A stretch of 64,000 nucleotides of DNA from a virus (taxonomy: Duplodnaviria; Heunggongvirae; Uroviricota; Caudoviricetes), in the IMG/VR virus record IMGVR_UViG_3300028805_000083, positions 37,572 to 101,571 of that record; one strand, 5' to 3'. This document shows, piece by piece, positions 9,840 to 19,321 of this stretch. Within the stretch, counting starts at the first letter, position 1, and every line of letters begins with the position of its first letter. Below the pieces are notes generated by a model. That model made no database searches. It saw only the letters and a list, made by a program, of their open reading frames with translations, and was not told where the DNA came from. The position numbers and the translations under genes were made by a program.

Positions 9840-10183
9840 TTCTTTATTTTTTTAACTTTTCTAGCCCTTCTGTCGTAGTAGCAACCACTGTTTTTAAGTT
9901 TGCCTACTACAAACATTGTTTCTAGTGGAGAGGCTTTAATCAAATCAAGAACATCAAAATCAACTTCTAATTTAATATTTATTTCAATACCATTATGCGT
10001 AAAATTATATATAAAATGATATTCCACCTCCACAGCATAAGAATCGCTATCAATTGATTTAAAACAGCCAATAGCCAAAGTTTTGCCTTTATCAGCTACT
10101 TTGAAAAAGTCACCGTCTTTAAACTCTTTTTTTGCTTTAATGAACTTTTCTTTAGCTCTTCTGCTTATATCTTCTACAGTCAT
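9821..10183 (-). CDS. hypothetical protein
   Basis: ORF of 120 aa. Confidence 0.4.
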   Translation of the reverse strand: MTVEDISRRAKEKFIKAKKEFKDGDFFKVADKGKTLAIGCFKSIDSDSYAVEVEYHFIYNFTHNGIEINIKLEVDFDVLDLIKASPLETMFVVGKLKNSGCYYDRRARKVKKIKKWKYLI

Positions 10184-10204
10184 ATTGTATTATGTTTAGT
10201 TTGT

Positions 10205-10248
10205 GCAAATATATAGAAAAACGTGGAAGATTCCAAATCTCCCACGTT
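10205..10248 (-). promoter_or_regulatory. Composite terminator-promoter cassette
   Basis: Minus strand reads AACGTGGGAGATTTGGAATCTTCCACGTT, then TTTCTATATATTTGCAC. Confidence 0.5.
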
Positions 10249-10256
10249 AATCTATG

Positions 10257-10487
10257 TTAAAGAAAATATTTCTTGAAAGAATCAAAAACTTCTACCCACG
10301 AAATTATGAATAAGAGAAATGCTCTCCAACAATAAAGTAGAAAATGATATATGTTCACAATCGGAACAAATACTACTTTAACATTTTCCTTTGTGAAAGG
10401 ATTATAACCTTCAGATAGCATAAGTAGAATCAATGCTATCATTGGAACAATGTAAAACCAAAAAATCCAAATCATTAATGTATTCAT
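10257..10487 (-). CDS. small membrane protein with two transmembrane segments
   Basis: 76 aa, strongly hydrophobic. Confidence 0.4.
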   Translation of the reverse strand: MNTLMIWIFWFYIVPMIALILLMLSEGYNPFTKENVKVVFVPIVNIYHFLLYCWRAFLLFIISWVEVFDSFKKYFL

Positions 10488-10829
10488 AGATTTTAATTTA
10501 TTGATGACATATTAATCTCCGTCTTCTTCAAATAAGAATGCATTTCTTAATGGCACAACTTCTAAACCGCAGTAAGGGTCTTCACTTGCAAGACCTATGT
10601 CATATTTTTGGCATAATTTTCTATATTCTTCAATGAATGAATCATATCCACTATCAATTTGTTTAATCTCTTCATGTGTTAATGTATCCATATACTTTTT
10701 ATTGTTTAATATTACATTGCAAAGATATAAAAAAAAGATGAGATAAACAAATATCTATTGATAATTATTGTTAATTTGGTATTTTTTATATTAAGGAGAT
10801 ATTTATATTTAAATAAACGATTTTAAATT

Positions 10830-12176
10830 ATGGATTGGAAAGAGAATTTTATTAAGAAAGCGAATGAACGTCATAACAACAAATATGATTATTCAAAAGT
10901 AGAATATTTTAATGCAACAACTAAAGTATGCATCATATGTCCTATTCATGGAGAATTCTGGATGACACCGCAAAACCATTTAAAAAAACAAGGTTGCCCA
11001 CAATGTTCTTATGACGTTAATAGAAAAACAACTAGACAGTTTGTCATAGAATCACAAAAAGTTCATGGTGGCAAATATGATTATTCCAAAGTTAAGTATA
11101 AAAATGCAAATACAAAAGTTTGTATAATATGTCCAAAGCACGGTGAATTTTGGCAAAAACCTTCAGAGCATATCAATGGTCACGGATGTCCTAAATGTTC
11201 TCATAGAAGTTATATTTATACTAAGGATGAGTTTGTTAAAGAAGCACAGAAAGTTCATGGAAATAAATATGATTATTCTAAAGTAGACTATAAAGGCAAT
11301 AAAGTTAAAGCTTGTATAATATGTCCAGAACACGGAGAATTTTGGATGAAACCAAATAGTCATTTGCAAGGGCAATCATGCCCTAAATGTGTTCATAGAA
11401 GTTATGCATATACAAAAGAAGAATGGATTAAGGAGGCACAAAAGGTTCATGGTAACAAGTATGACTATTCTAAAGTAGAATATGTCAATAATGATACAAA
11501 AATTTGTATAATATGTCCAAAGCACGGTGAATTTTGGCAAAGACCAGCTAATCATTTAAACGGTAGTGGGTGTTGCAAATGCGGAAAAAATGACATGAAA
11601 GAAAAAACCAAAAAAAATAAAGAAGAATTTATTAAACAATCAAAATCATTTTTTGGTGATTGGTTTGATTATTCCAAAGTAAACTATGTTAACAATAAAA
11701 CAAAAGTCTGTTTAATATGTAAAAAACATGGTGAGTTTTATACAAGGCCAGATGGACATTTAACTTCTCATAGAGGATGCCCACAATGTGCCTCAGAAAA
11801 AAATATTCATGAGACTATACTTTTCGAGCATCTTAAAGCAAGATACAAAAGTGCAAATTTCTTTCACTCTAAAAGAGGTATAAAGAATCTAGGACTATTT
11901 GAAATAGATATATATGATGAGAAAAATAAAATAGCCATAGAATACCAAGGTGATGAACATTTTGAAGCAATAGATTTTTTTAATGGAGAAGATGGTTTAA
12001 ATGAAACTTTGGAAAGAGATAAAAGAAAAATTGAATTATGCGAAAATAATGGCATAAAACTATTTCACTTTACTTATAACAAGAATTATAAAAAAGATAA
12101 AATATCATATAAAGTATACACTGATGAAAATGAATTGTATAAAGAATTGGATATTATATATAAAGAAAAACTGTAA
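10830..12176 (+). mobile_element. Homing-endonuclease-like protein with repeated Zn-ribbon modules and a C-terminal PD-(D/E)XK/Vsr-like nuclease domain. It is the only long plus-strand gene.
   Basis: About six repeats of HG.KYDYSKV.Y....K.CIICP.HGEFW..P..HL.G.GCP.C, then a C-terminal FEIDIYDEKNKIAIEYQGDEHF block. Paralogs lie at 33459-34784, 14955-15392 and 52921-53901. It is on the opposite strand to its neighbours. Confidence 0.55.
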
Positions 12177-12180
12177 GCAA

Positions 12181-13422
12181 TCAATGCTTACAGTTTTTTA
12201 TTAAATTAAGTATATATTCACACTTTTCTTTGTTTCCTAACATTTTCCCTTTATCATTTGATAGTTTAACACAATCTTGCCACTCACGGCTTTCAGTAAT
12301 TCTAAATCCAGTGAGTTTTATTACAATATTGCTATATGGGAACTTCTCATTTGTTTCATAATTAGTTACGTCAGCGCATAAATGAGTTCCTATTCCCACT
12401 GAATCTTTCATACGCCCATTGAGCCAATTATGAAGTTCTATAGCCTTGTCAATTGTAAGAGCATTTGAATACACGATTGCCTTTGTCGATGGGTCAATAC
12501 CAAGAGAACGATACTTTTCAATAATCTTCTCAGTTTGTTCTTTCTCATCACCACTATCAACACGTAGGCCATCAAATGTTTTCGCAAGACGCTTAGACAA
12601 ATTAGGGAAGAACATAACATCTGAGAAATTATCATAAAGGAAAATTCCGACATCACCGTTAAAACAGCGACTCCACTTATCCATTACTTGATAGTTACAT
12701 TCAAACACGCCACTAACGCACTCTTCGGCAGATACAATCTGATGCGACATCGTGCCTATAACTCCAAGGTTAAATTCCTTTGCGAACCATACGTTAGATG
12801 TACCAACAAATTTACCCGTATAAATTTGAGGGCAATCCTTTTGACGATATTTCACAGCATCACAAAATGCTTTAAGTACATCGTGGTGGTTCTGGAAATC
12901 AAAGCGCCTGCGAGTTCCCATGTCAGAAATAGAAAGTCCACCTTTTAAAGCTTTTAATGCCTTGTCAAATGCCTTATTATATTCCACTTCACGGTCTACT
13001 TTTTCAATATCTCCATTAACAATATGCATCAACTCAGAAATGGTGGAGAGAATAGGCATTTCCCACATGATAGTTGAGTACCATTTACCCTCAATCATAA
13101 TTGAGAGATAACCCTCAAGGTCTTGGAAAATGTGTACCTCAGATGGGTTAAAACGATACCCACGAAGGAAATTGTAATACCAATCTGGAAGGAAATAAAT
13201 CTTGCTCTTCATGAAAGCAATCTCTTCCTCAGTGATAACGACATCTTTCATACCGTCAATCTGCTCTTGTAGAAGCTTACCAAACCCAGCTGGATACTTG
13301 GTGTGATTGCGGTCAAAGAAAGAATAACGTACCTCTGCACGAGGATAAGTGTGAAGAATGTAATACTGAACCGTATACGAATATAAATCGTTATCGGTAA
13401 AATGCGTAACAATTTGTTTCAT
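12181..13422 (-). CDS. pncB: nicotinate phosphoribosyltransferase
   Basis: SDMGTRRRF, FVGTSNVWFA and GLRVDSGD are signature NAPRTase motifs. 413 aa. Confidence 0.8.
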   Translation of the reverse strand: MKQIVTHFTDNDLYSYTVQYYILHTYPRAEVRYSFFDRNHTKYPAGFGKLLQEQIDGMKDVVITEEEIAFMKSKIYFLPDWYYNFLRGYRFNPSEVHIFQDLEGYLSIMIEGKWYSTIMWEMPILSTISELMHIVNGDIEKVDREVEYNKAFDKALKALKGGLSISDMGTRRRFDFQNHHDVLKAFCDAVKYRQKDCPQIYTGKFVGTSNVWFAKEFNLGVIGTMSHQIVSAEECVSGVFECNYQVMDKWSRCFNGDVGIFLYDNFSDVMFFPNLSKRLAKTFDGLRVDSGDEKEQTEKIIEKYRSLGIDPSTKAIVYSNALTIDKAIELHNWLNGRMKDSVGIGTHLCADVTNYETNEKFPYSNIVIKLTGFRITESREWQDCVKLSNDKGKMLGNKEKCEYILNLIKNCKH

Positions 13423-13426
13423 GCTT

Positions 13427-13864
13427 TTATGATTTTATTTTTTCTAGTTTTATTACTGTTTTCTCTCCAATGCGTAGTGGCAATTGCTTCACAAGTTCCA
13501 ACCCTTCTAAACCTATAACTTGACCACGACCAACTCTATCTTGAATATAGGCTAAAATGTAATGTTTATTCTGACCGTGTTCAGCAACACCAATTATTTT
13601 AAATTCTCCAGCGTTTTCTCTTGCATCCTTTTCGTCTTGCCAATGTAAGAAATTAGAATAGTATGGAGCTTGACACTTTCTAGTGAAATGGACAAATGCA
13701 TCCTTATAATATGAATAGGATTCACCCCAATCCTTAACCTTTACAATATCTCCCACACGAAATGGAAATAAAATTGAATACCCTTCACTATTGATATACT
13801 CAAATAGTTTAATATTCATATTCTTGTTGGGGATATGTCCTTGCAGTGTCTTGCTCATAATCAT
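13427..13864 (-). CDS. hypothetical protein
   Basis: ORF of 145 aa. Confidence 0.4.
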   Translation of the reverse strand: MIMSKTLQGHIPNKNMNIKLFEYINSEGYSILFPFRVGDIVKVKDWGESYSYYKDAFVHFTRKCQAPYYSNFLHWQDEKDARENAGEFKIIGVAEHGQNKHYILAYIQDRVGRGQVIGLEGLELVKQLPLRIGEKTVIKLEKIKS

Positions 13865-14063
13865 TAATATCTTCTACGGCATCAACTGTTTCAGTTGTAC
13901 TACTACTATTATAATAGTAAGTTCTATTGTTATGATAAGGATTATATCTATCATGGGAGTTATTAGAAAGTTCTCCCATGAAATAGAATGTTTCCGCACA
14001 AGAAACCATTAAGCAAATAACTAAGGCTACTCTAATTAACCCTCTAAATAAATCTCTTATCAT
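13809..14063 (-). CDS. hypothetical small secreted or membrane protein
   Basis: 84 aa with a hydrophobic N-terminus. Confidence 0.35.
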   Translation of the reverse strand: MIRDLFRGLIRVALVICLMVSCAETFYFMGELSNNSHDRYNPYHNNRTYYYNSSSTTETVDAVEDINDYEQDTARTYPQQEYEY

Positions 14064-14989
14064 TACCCAATTTTGATGTCTTCATAATTCTCATGATACC
14101 ATTTGTCGAATTCCTCAAACTCAGCGTCTGAGAACTCCTTACGTACTGCATCATACTCGATGTAATCGCAATACTTCACCTTAACGATGATACGATTACC
14201 ACTACCATCGCAAAGAGGAATGGTTGGACGTGCAACAATACCCTCTTCAAGCATGGTTGGGTCAGCAGCCCTATCAAACTGTGTGGTAAAACCAGCACGT
14301 ACCTTATCTTCAATCTCTTTAAGTGTCATAACACCCAAGAAAGGAACAGTGTTAAGATTCAAACCCTTACAAAGAGCGTCACGAACATCCTTTGGAGTCC
14401 ACCAACCTTGCTGCTTAATGTCGAATACAAGGAAATCATTACCATTCTGAATATAGCGAGAGCCACATTTCTGAATTCCACTTCCGAAATACTCGCCATA
14501 GATATAAATGGGAACTTCCTCTAGTTCCACACTGTAGAAACCTTTTGAGAGTGGTGTATCAATGCTATTGTAACCAATCATTTCATCTTCTCCAAGCTCT
14601 GGAGTATAGTACTGTACCTTGTTTGTATCCTTATTTTTCACAGGAGCAAATCTAGCACTCTCCTTGGGGAACATTGTACAAAGCTGTGGCTTAATTCTCT
14701 CACCAATTTTCTCAAGCATTTCAAACTGTCCATGCTGTGACTGTGCTTTCTCAGTTTTACCCTCAACACGAATCTCACCTGTTGAAGGGAAGAATGCAAT
14801 CTTGGAATTTGTACCATCTATTTTACTTGTAGCCTCCCAAGGACAATTGAACAAATGACCAGCCTCCTTAAATGAGAACTCACCAAGGATAATCTTGTTC
14901 TTGAATTTTGCCCATGCCTTATTAGGGCATTTGCTTGCGTCAAAGATATACCTTTTATACAATGTCTGTATTTTCTGGTAGGTTTCCAT
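14063..14989 (-). CDS. RNA ligase, Rnl2 family (T4 RnlB-like)
   Basis: EATSKIDGTNSKIAF is KxDG motif I (compare T4 Rnl2 EKIHGTNFS). GEYFGSGIQK matches motif IIIa (GEFAGPGIQK) and FLVFDI matches motif IV (FYVFDI). Confidence 0.8.
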   Translation of the reverse strand: METYQKIQTLYKRYIFDASKCPNKAWAKFKNKIILGEFSFKEAGHLFNCPWEATSKIDGTNSKIAFFPSTGEIRVEGKTEKAQSQHGQFEMLEKIGERIKPQLCTMFPKESARFAPVKNKDTNKVQYYTPELGEDEMIGYNSIDTPLSKGFYSVELEEVPIYIYGEYFGSGIQKCGSRYIQNGNDFLVFDIKQQGWWTPKDVRDALCKGLNLNTVPFLGVMTLKEIEDKVRAGFTTQFDRAADPTMLEEGIVARPTIPLCDGSGNRIIVKVKYCDYIEYDAVRKEFSDAEFEEFDKWYHENYEDIKIG

Positions 14990-15392
14990 ATATTTTTTCT
15001 TTTAATGTTATTAAATCAGTTACTAATTCACATTCGTACTCAATTTCATAATGAGTATAATATATTATTTTTATGTTATGTAGTTCACAATTATTTCGTT
15101 TATTCCTATCTAATTCTACTGTTTTTTTGTATCTTTCTTCTCCGCCAAAATAATCAGAAGCCTTAAAATGCTGTAAGCCTTGACATTCGATAGCAATTTT
15201 ATATTTTGGTAGATAAAAGTCTAATGATTGTTTACCTAGCCATTTACCCCTTTTTTGTGCCACATATTCTATATTTTCTTTTTCTAGAAATTCTCTCACT
15301 TCTTTTTCCAAAGATGTGCTACTAAAGTTTCTGTTGCCATTTTTTTTATTAATTAGTAGGACAATGTGGACTCGAACCACAGACCTCACCAT
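14955..15392 (-). CDS. Stand-alone PD-(D/E)XK/Vsr-like nuclease domain, homing-endonuclease-like paralog
   Basis: LDFYLPKYKIAIECQGLQHF is the same C-terminal domain found in 10830-12176 and 33459-34784. Confidence 0.5.
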   Translation of the reverse strand: MVRSVVRVHIVLLINKKNGNRNFSSTSLEKEVREFLEKENIEYVAQKRGKWLGKQSLDFYLPKYKIAIECQGLQHFKASDYFGGEERYKKTVELDRNKRNNCELHNIKIIYYTHYEIEYECELVTDLITLKEKIYGNLPENTDIV

Positions 15393-15440
15393 ACTAGTGT
15401 TTCCACGTTCTGCTGCGCTCTCCCAACTGAGCTATCGTCC
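15358..15440 (-). tRNA. tRNA-like gene with an unassigned anticodon and about 13 extra nt in the anticodon region
   Basis: Canonical acceptor GGACGAT/ATTGTCC, D arm AGCTCAGTTGGGAGAGC and T arm TGTGG-TTCGAGT-CCACA. No 5-bp/7-nt anticodon arm could be folded by eye. Confidence 0.5.
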
Positions 15441-15696
15441 TTAACGCAATCTTCATGCGGCTAGCGTTTCCTTCTTCCGCACTCATCTAAGTGATTGCTT
15501 GATAACCGACTGTTTTACAATCTCGGTCAAACTAACTCCATTGCAAGCATCAATCTGTTCCGAAGTCGAGACTGTTATATCTTAGCAATGTCGTGTGGCA
15601 GGACTGCCCTCACCACGTCTTTCAGTTACCGTTTTGAAGCTTCATGTTGCAAAGGTACGAAAAAAAATTCAAATACCAAAATATTTTATGTTAAAA

Positions 15697-16320
15697 TTAG
15701 TTAACATTACAAAGTTTATAAATTCCAATACATGAATAGATGAATATCATAATCAGAATTATACCCAAAACCAATCCACCCCAAAAGTAATAGATTAACC
15801 CAAATATCATAAATAAGCCAATTATAACGCTTGTTGTACCAAATACAAATTGATAATACAACAATGAATGTTTTATTGGATACTCTTTATCTTTGAAATA
15901 TTCTTTAGCGTAATACCCAAAGGCTTTAGGTAGATTCATTATAGACACCGATTTACTATGGTCATAGTTATTGTTGTGAATCATTCTACGTATAATCTGC
16001 ACCCTTTTTATAAAGTCACTCTCAAAAGGCCTTATGGCAATGTCACCTACATAAAATAACTCATGCGCTCTTAATGCTGATTTTTTTTCCTCTGTAGTTA
16101 AACCACATATCTTGAACAATGAACAAAACGAGCCAAATACCTTTTGATTTTTCAGTGCTTTATAAAAATCGAGAACAATGGGGTTATTGACCTCAACTCC
16201 TGAATTATGATAAACATTCAAAGTAGTCTCTCTAACTCCCAAAACCTCTTTTTCCGCTTTTACTTTCTTTAATGCGGTTTTCCTACGTTTTCTTAACTTA
16301 ACCTTTTTACTGTGTATCAT
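15697..16320 (-). CDS. hypothetical membrane protein
   Basis: 207 aa with a K-rich N-terminus and a C-terminal transmembrane helix. Confidence 0.4.
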   Translation of the reverse strand: MIHSKKVKLRKRRKTALKKVKAEKEVLGVRETTLNVYHNSGVEVNNPIVLDFYKALKNQKVFGSFCSLFKICGLTTEEKKSALRAHELFYVGDIAIRPFESDFIKRVQIIRRMIHNNNYDHSKSVSIMNLPKAFGYYAKEYFKDKEYPIKHSLLYYQFVFGTTSVIIGLFMIFGLIYYFWGGLVLGIILIMIFIYSCIGIYKLCNVN

Positions 16321-16543
16321 TCTTCTTGAATACGTCTTTGAAAGGCTTTACAATGCTTTTCCAACTGAATAGTCTATCAACTAATTTCTCACTGTCTAAG
16401 TCTATTACAAGACCCTCTAGTATTCCAAGTTTCTCTTTATATGTCGATGCTTCTTTTGAAACATCAACAAGGGTTGATTCCAACTGCTTGATTTTGTTTT
16501 TTAAGCCGTTGTACTCTGCCATCGGGACTTCTATCCTAGACAT
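16307..16543 (-). CDS. hypothetical coiled-coil protein
   Basis: ORF of 78 aa. Confidence 0.35.
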   Translation of the reverse strand: MSRIEVPMAEYNGLKNKIKQLESTLVDVSKEASTYKEKLGILEGLVIDLDSEKLVDRLFSWKSIVKPFKDVFKKNDTQ

Positions 16544-17112
16544 ACTCTTTCAGAATTTTCTATAAAATTAGTAAACTTGTCAGCAGTATCTTTAGAGATA
16601 GCTGGGCACAAATCCTTAATCACATGGAAGTTTACGTGAGGTAACCCCCTCAGTCCATCTTTTACAGAATCTTGGATGCAATAATCGTAGGCAATACCAG
16701 CGACATCTATGTCAGTCACTTTCAACTGCTCTTCACATATTGTAATAAGCTTGTCACAAGACTTACTATTCTTGAAGATAGAATACTCTTCGTGGTCTTC
16801 GTTCACGCCCTTTCTCAAAACAAGGTAATCTGCCTTAATCTTATTAAGTGCCTCAAGAATCGGCTCATAGATAGCTGCACCCTTTGAATGCTGAACACAG
16901 TGAACTGGCCACATACCACCATTATCCTTGAACGAACAGTGTGTGAACGGATGCCAATCAGTTGTAAGGATAATCTTATCATACGCTGGACCATTTTCTA
17001 TGATAAACTGAGCGAGTTTATCCATTGCTGCTGTTGCTCCATTAACAGCAAGCTTGCCGCCCTCCAAGAAATCATATTGTGGGTCCACTATCAACAAAAT
17101 TTTTGTATTCAT
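16531..17112 (-). CDS. pncA: nicotinamidase, isochorismatase family
   Basis: LLIVDPQYDFLEGGKLAV, TTDWHPFTHCSF and WPVHCVQHSKGA match PncA (ALLLVDLQNDF...DWHP..H.SF...HCV). Confidence 0.75.
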   Translation of the reverse strand: MNTKILLIVDPQYDFLEGGKLAVNGATAAMDKLAQFIIENGPAYDKIILTTDWHPFTHCSFKDNGGMWPVHCVQHSKGAAIYEPILEALNKIKADYLVLRKGVNEDHEEYSIFKNSKSCDKLITICEEQLKVTDIDVAGIAYDYCIQDSVKDGLRGLPHVNFHVIKDLCPAISKDTADKFTNFIENSERVCLG

Positions 17113-17138
17113 ATTTTTTTAATTTCTTTTAAAATTAT

Positions 17139-17507
17139 TTATTTAAAATACGCATGTTTACCTTCTGCACTTGAAATAAAAGCCATGCTATAAGATTTGG
17201 CTTCAGACTTATAATACCAAAGTTCGTTTTTTACACATATTTTTGCCCATTCATAACTTAAATCACACCACTTAATACCGTTTTCAGTGTAATAAGATGG
17301 CCAATGGCAAAAATAGGTAGATGATTGAATCAATTCAATTGGTTCTCGAATTACTCTAGATACTAAGTCAATAAAAGTTATCCTATCATCATTTAATGGA
17401 CTTGATAATTTTTTATATTCTTCCCAAAATTCTTTTTCCCTAGCAAATTTTTTGAAAAAATATATTGTTTTTTTGGCAATTTCTTGCTTCGTTGGTGCTT
17501 TATCCAT
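17139..17507 (-). CDS. hypothetical protein
   Basis: ORF of 122 aa. Confidence 0.4.
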   Translation of the reverse strand: MDKAPTKQEIAKKTIYFFKKFAREKEFWEEYKKLSSPLNDDRITFIDLVSRVIREPIELIQSSTYFCHWPSYYTENGIKWCDLSYEWAKICVKNELWYYKSEAKSYSMAFISSAEGKHAYFK

Positions 17508-17560
17508 TTTCTTCAGTTATTTCTTTTTCTACTTTTTTAGCTGTATTTTTTCTAACCCTC

Positions 17561-17791
17561 TTAGGTTTCTCTTCCTTGAGGGGGAACATCTTTCACATCT
17601 GAGGGAAGCTCTTGAAAGAACGTATCAGTTTTCATCTGTTTCTCGAATTCATTAAATTCTTTCAAGAACTGATGCTTCGATATATCATAGGTGACACAAC
17701 TATTATGGAATTTCTTCGCAAATAGCTCAGTGCAAGAACCTTCTGTTCTCTTTACGCCCTTAAATGGACAATTCTTACATAATGTACCCAT
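17561..17791 (-). CDS. hypothetical protein
   Basis: ORF of 76 aa. Confidence 0.35.
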   Translation of the reverse strand: MGTLCKNCPFKGVKRTEGSCTELFAKKFHNSCVTYDISKHQFLKEFNEFEKQMKTDTFFQELPSDVKDVPPQGRET

Positions 17792-17896
17792 AGTTTATTG
17801 TTTTTTATGCAAAGATACTAAAAATATTTTAAATATAAAAATATTATATAATATATTTATATATTTTAATATAAATTAATAATATTATATATTAGT

Positions 17897-17932
17897 TAAA
17901 GACCCTAATAAATTATATTGTTAGGGTCTTCA
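17897..17932 (-). terminator. Strong hairpin at the 3' end of the CCA-enzyme gene
   Basis: AAGACCCTAA...TTAGGGTCTT is a 10-bp stem flanked by A/T-rich sequence. Confidence 0.45.
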
Positions 17933-19319
17933 ATTTATTTTCAACAATTTCAAATGCTTCATCCTTGGTCATATTAGTATTCTCAAAGTAGGCATCTTTA
18001 ACTGCTTCTAGTAGTATACCAACAAGAGGTGAAGACTTGATACTAAACTCTTTCATAATGTCGTTTCCAGATATTGGAAGTTTGACATTTGCAGCTTTTT
18101 CAGCATCTTCCATTTCCTCAATCCTATTAAGAATATCAAGAACTTGTCTCTTTTTCTTACCATAGGTACAATGCAAGTTGTTGGCATTCATTAAGTCAAC
18201 TGTTGCACCAAGGTTTTCTCCAGTGGTATTAATAAATTTTCTAATCTTCTTATCTGGGGGCATTACACCATCAGCGTAAAGCGCAAATGCTCTATGATAC
18301 TTAATGGCTGTTTCTACCGTATTGATAACGTAGTTAGGGAACTTCATTTTCTTGAGGTCATCAGCAGCAACTTCAGCACTAAACTTATCAGGATTAACAT
18401 CCCTTCTACTATCAGTGATAACCTTACCAACATCATGGAACAATGCCGCTAGGCGATTATCAACATATGGCTGTACAGTATCTAACACATTCATGGTGTG
18501 GTCGAAAGTAGAAACCATTGGATTCTTTGACTCATAAGCATAAGTTGTGTCATATATGTCTGGCATTACCCTATGCAATATACCACAGTAGTACATCTTA
18601 CGAATACCGATACTAGGTTTCTCACAAAGCAGTATCTTTGATATTTCTTCACTGATACGCTCTTGAGATATAATGCTTATTCGATGCGCATTCTTAACCA
18701 TACCTAGCCATGTGTTTTTCTCAATTCCCCAACCGAATCTAGTTGAGAATCGAATAACACGCAATATACGCAATGGGTCATCATTGAATGTAACATCTGG
18801 GTCGGTTGGCGTTTTAATAACTTGATTAACAAGGTCATCCAATCCATTGTTGTAGTCATGAATCTTCTCCGTGCTAATGTTGTAATACAAAGAATTGATT
18901 GTAAGGTCACGCCTCTTAGCGTCCTCTTGAATCGTACCATACACGGTATCTGGATTTCTGCTCTCCTTATGATACTGCTCCTTACGAGTCTGAACACACT
19001 CAACCTCAATGTCTTTCAGCTCATCGTTTTTATAAAGCTGAAATTTAGCAGTTCCATAAGTTTCAAACAGAACAGGATTACTTCCTTGTACAAAACATTG
19101 ATGCTTCATTGTCATGTAGTTTGCAAATAGCATTCCTCCGTTTTTAATGTCTACACAAATATCGACATCTTTACAAGGTATTTTTAATAGAAGGTCTCTT
19201 ACACATCCACCAACTAGAAATACATGGTTTTCAAATGCAGTACCTTTGATTGATTCTTGTATTAGTTTAACTAATTTTTTAATCCTTTCGTCAGCGTTTT
19301 TAAACAATATTTCGTTCAT
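17913..19319 (-). CDS. cca: CCA-adding tRNA nucleotidyltransferase with an HD domain
   Basis: HVFLVGGCVRDLLLKIPCKDVDICVD is the pol-beta nucleotidyltransferase head (GGxVRD...DxD). LAALFHDVGK is an HD motif. 468 aa. Confidence 0.8.
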   Translation of the reverse strand: MNEILFKNADERIKKLVKLIQESIKGTAFENHVFLVGGCVRDLLLKIPCKDVDICVDIKNGGMLFANYMTMKHQCFVQGSNPVLFETYGTAKFQLYKNDELKDIEVECVQTRKEQYHKESRNPDTVYGTIQEDAKRRDLTINSLYYNISTEKIHDYNNGLDDLVNQVIKTPTDPDVTFNDDPLRILRVIRFSTRFGWGIEKNTWLGMVKNAHRISIISQERISEEISKILLCEKPSIGIRKMYYCGILHRVMPDIYDTTYAYESKNPMVSTFDHTMNVLDTVQPYVDNRLAALFHDVGKVITDSRRDVNPDKFSAEVAADDLKKMKFPNYVINTVETAIKYHRAFALYADGVMPPDKKIRKFINTTGENLGATVDLMNANNLHCTYGKKKRQVLDILNRIEEMEDAEKAANVKLPISGNDIMKEFSIKSSPLVGILLEAVKDAYFENTNMTKDEAFEIVENKLKTLTI

Positions 19320-19321
19320 TT

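Noticed and set aside
17913-19319. poly(A) polymerase rather than CCA-adding enzyme
   Set aside because: The C-terminal HD motif FHDVGK is characteristic of bacterial CCA-adding enzymes. Poly(A) polymerase I lacks it.
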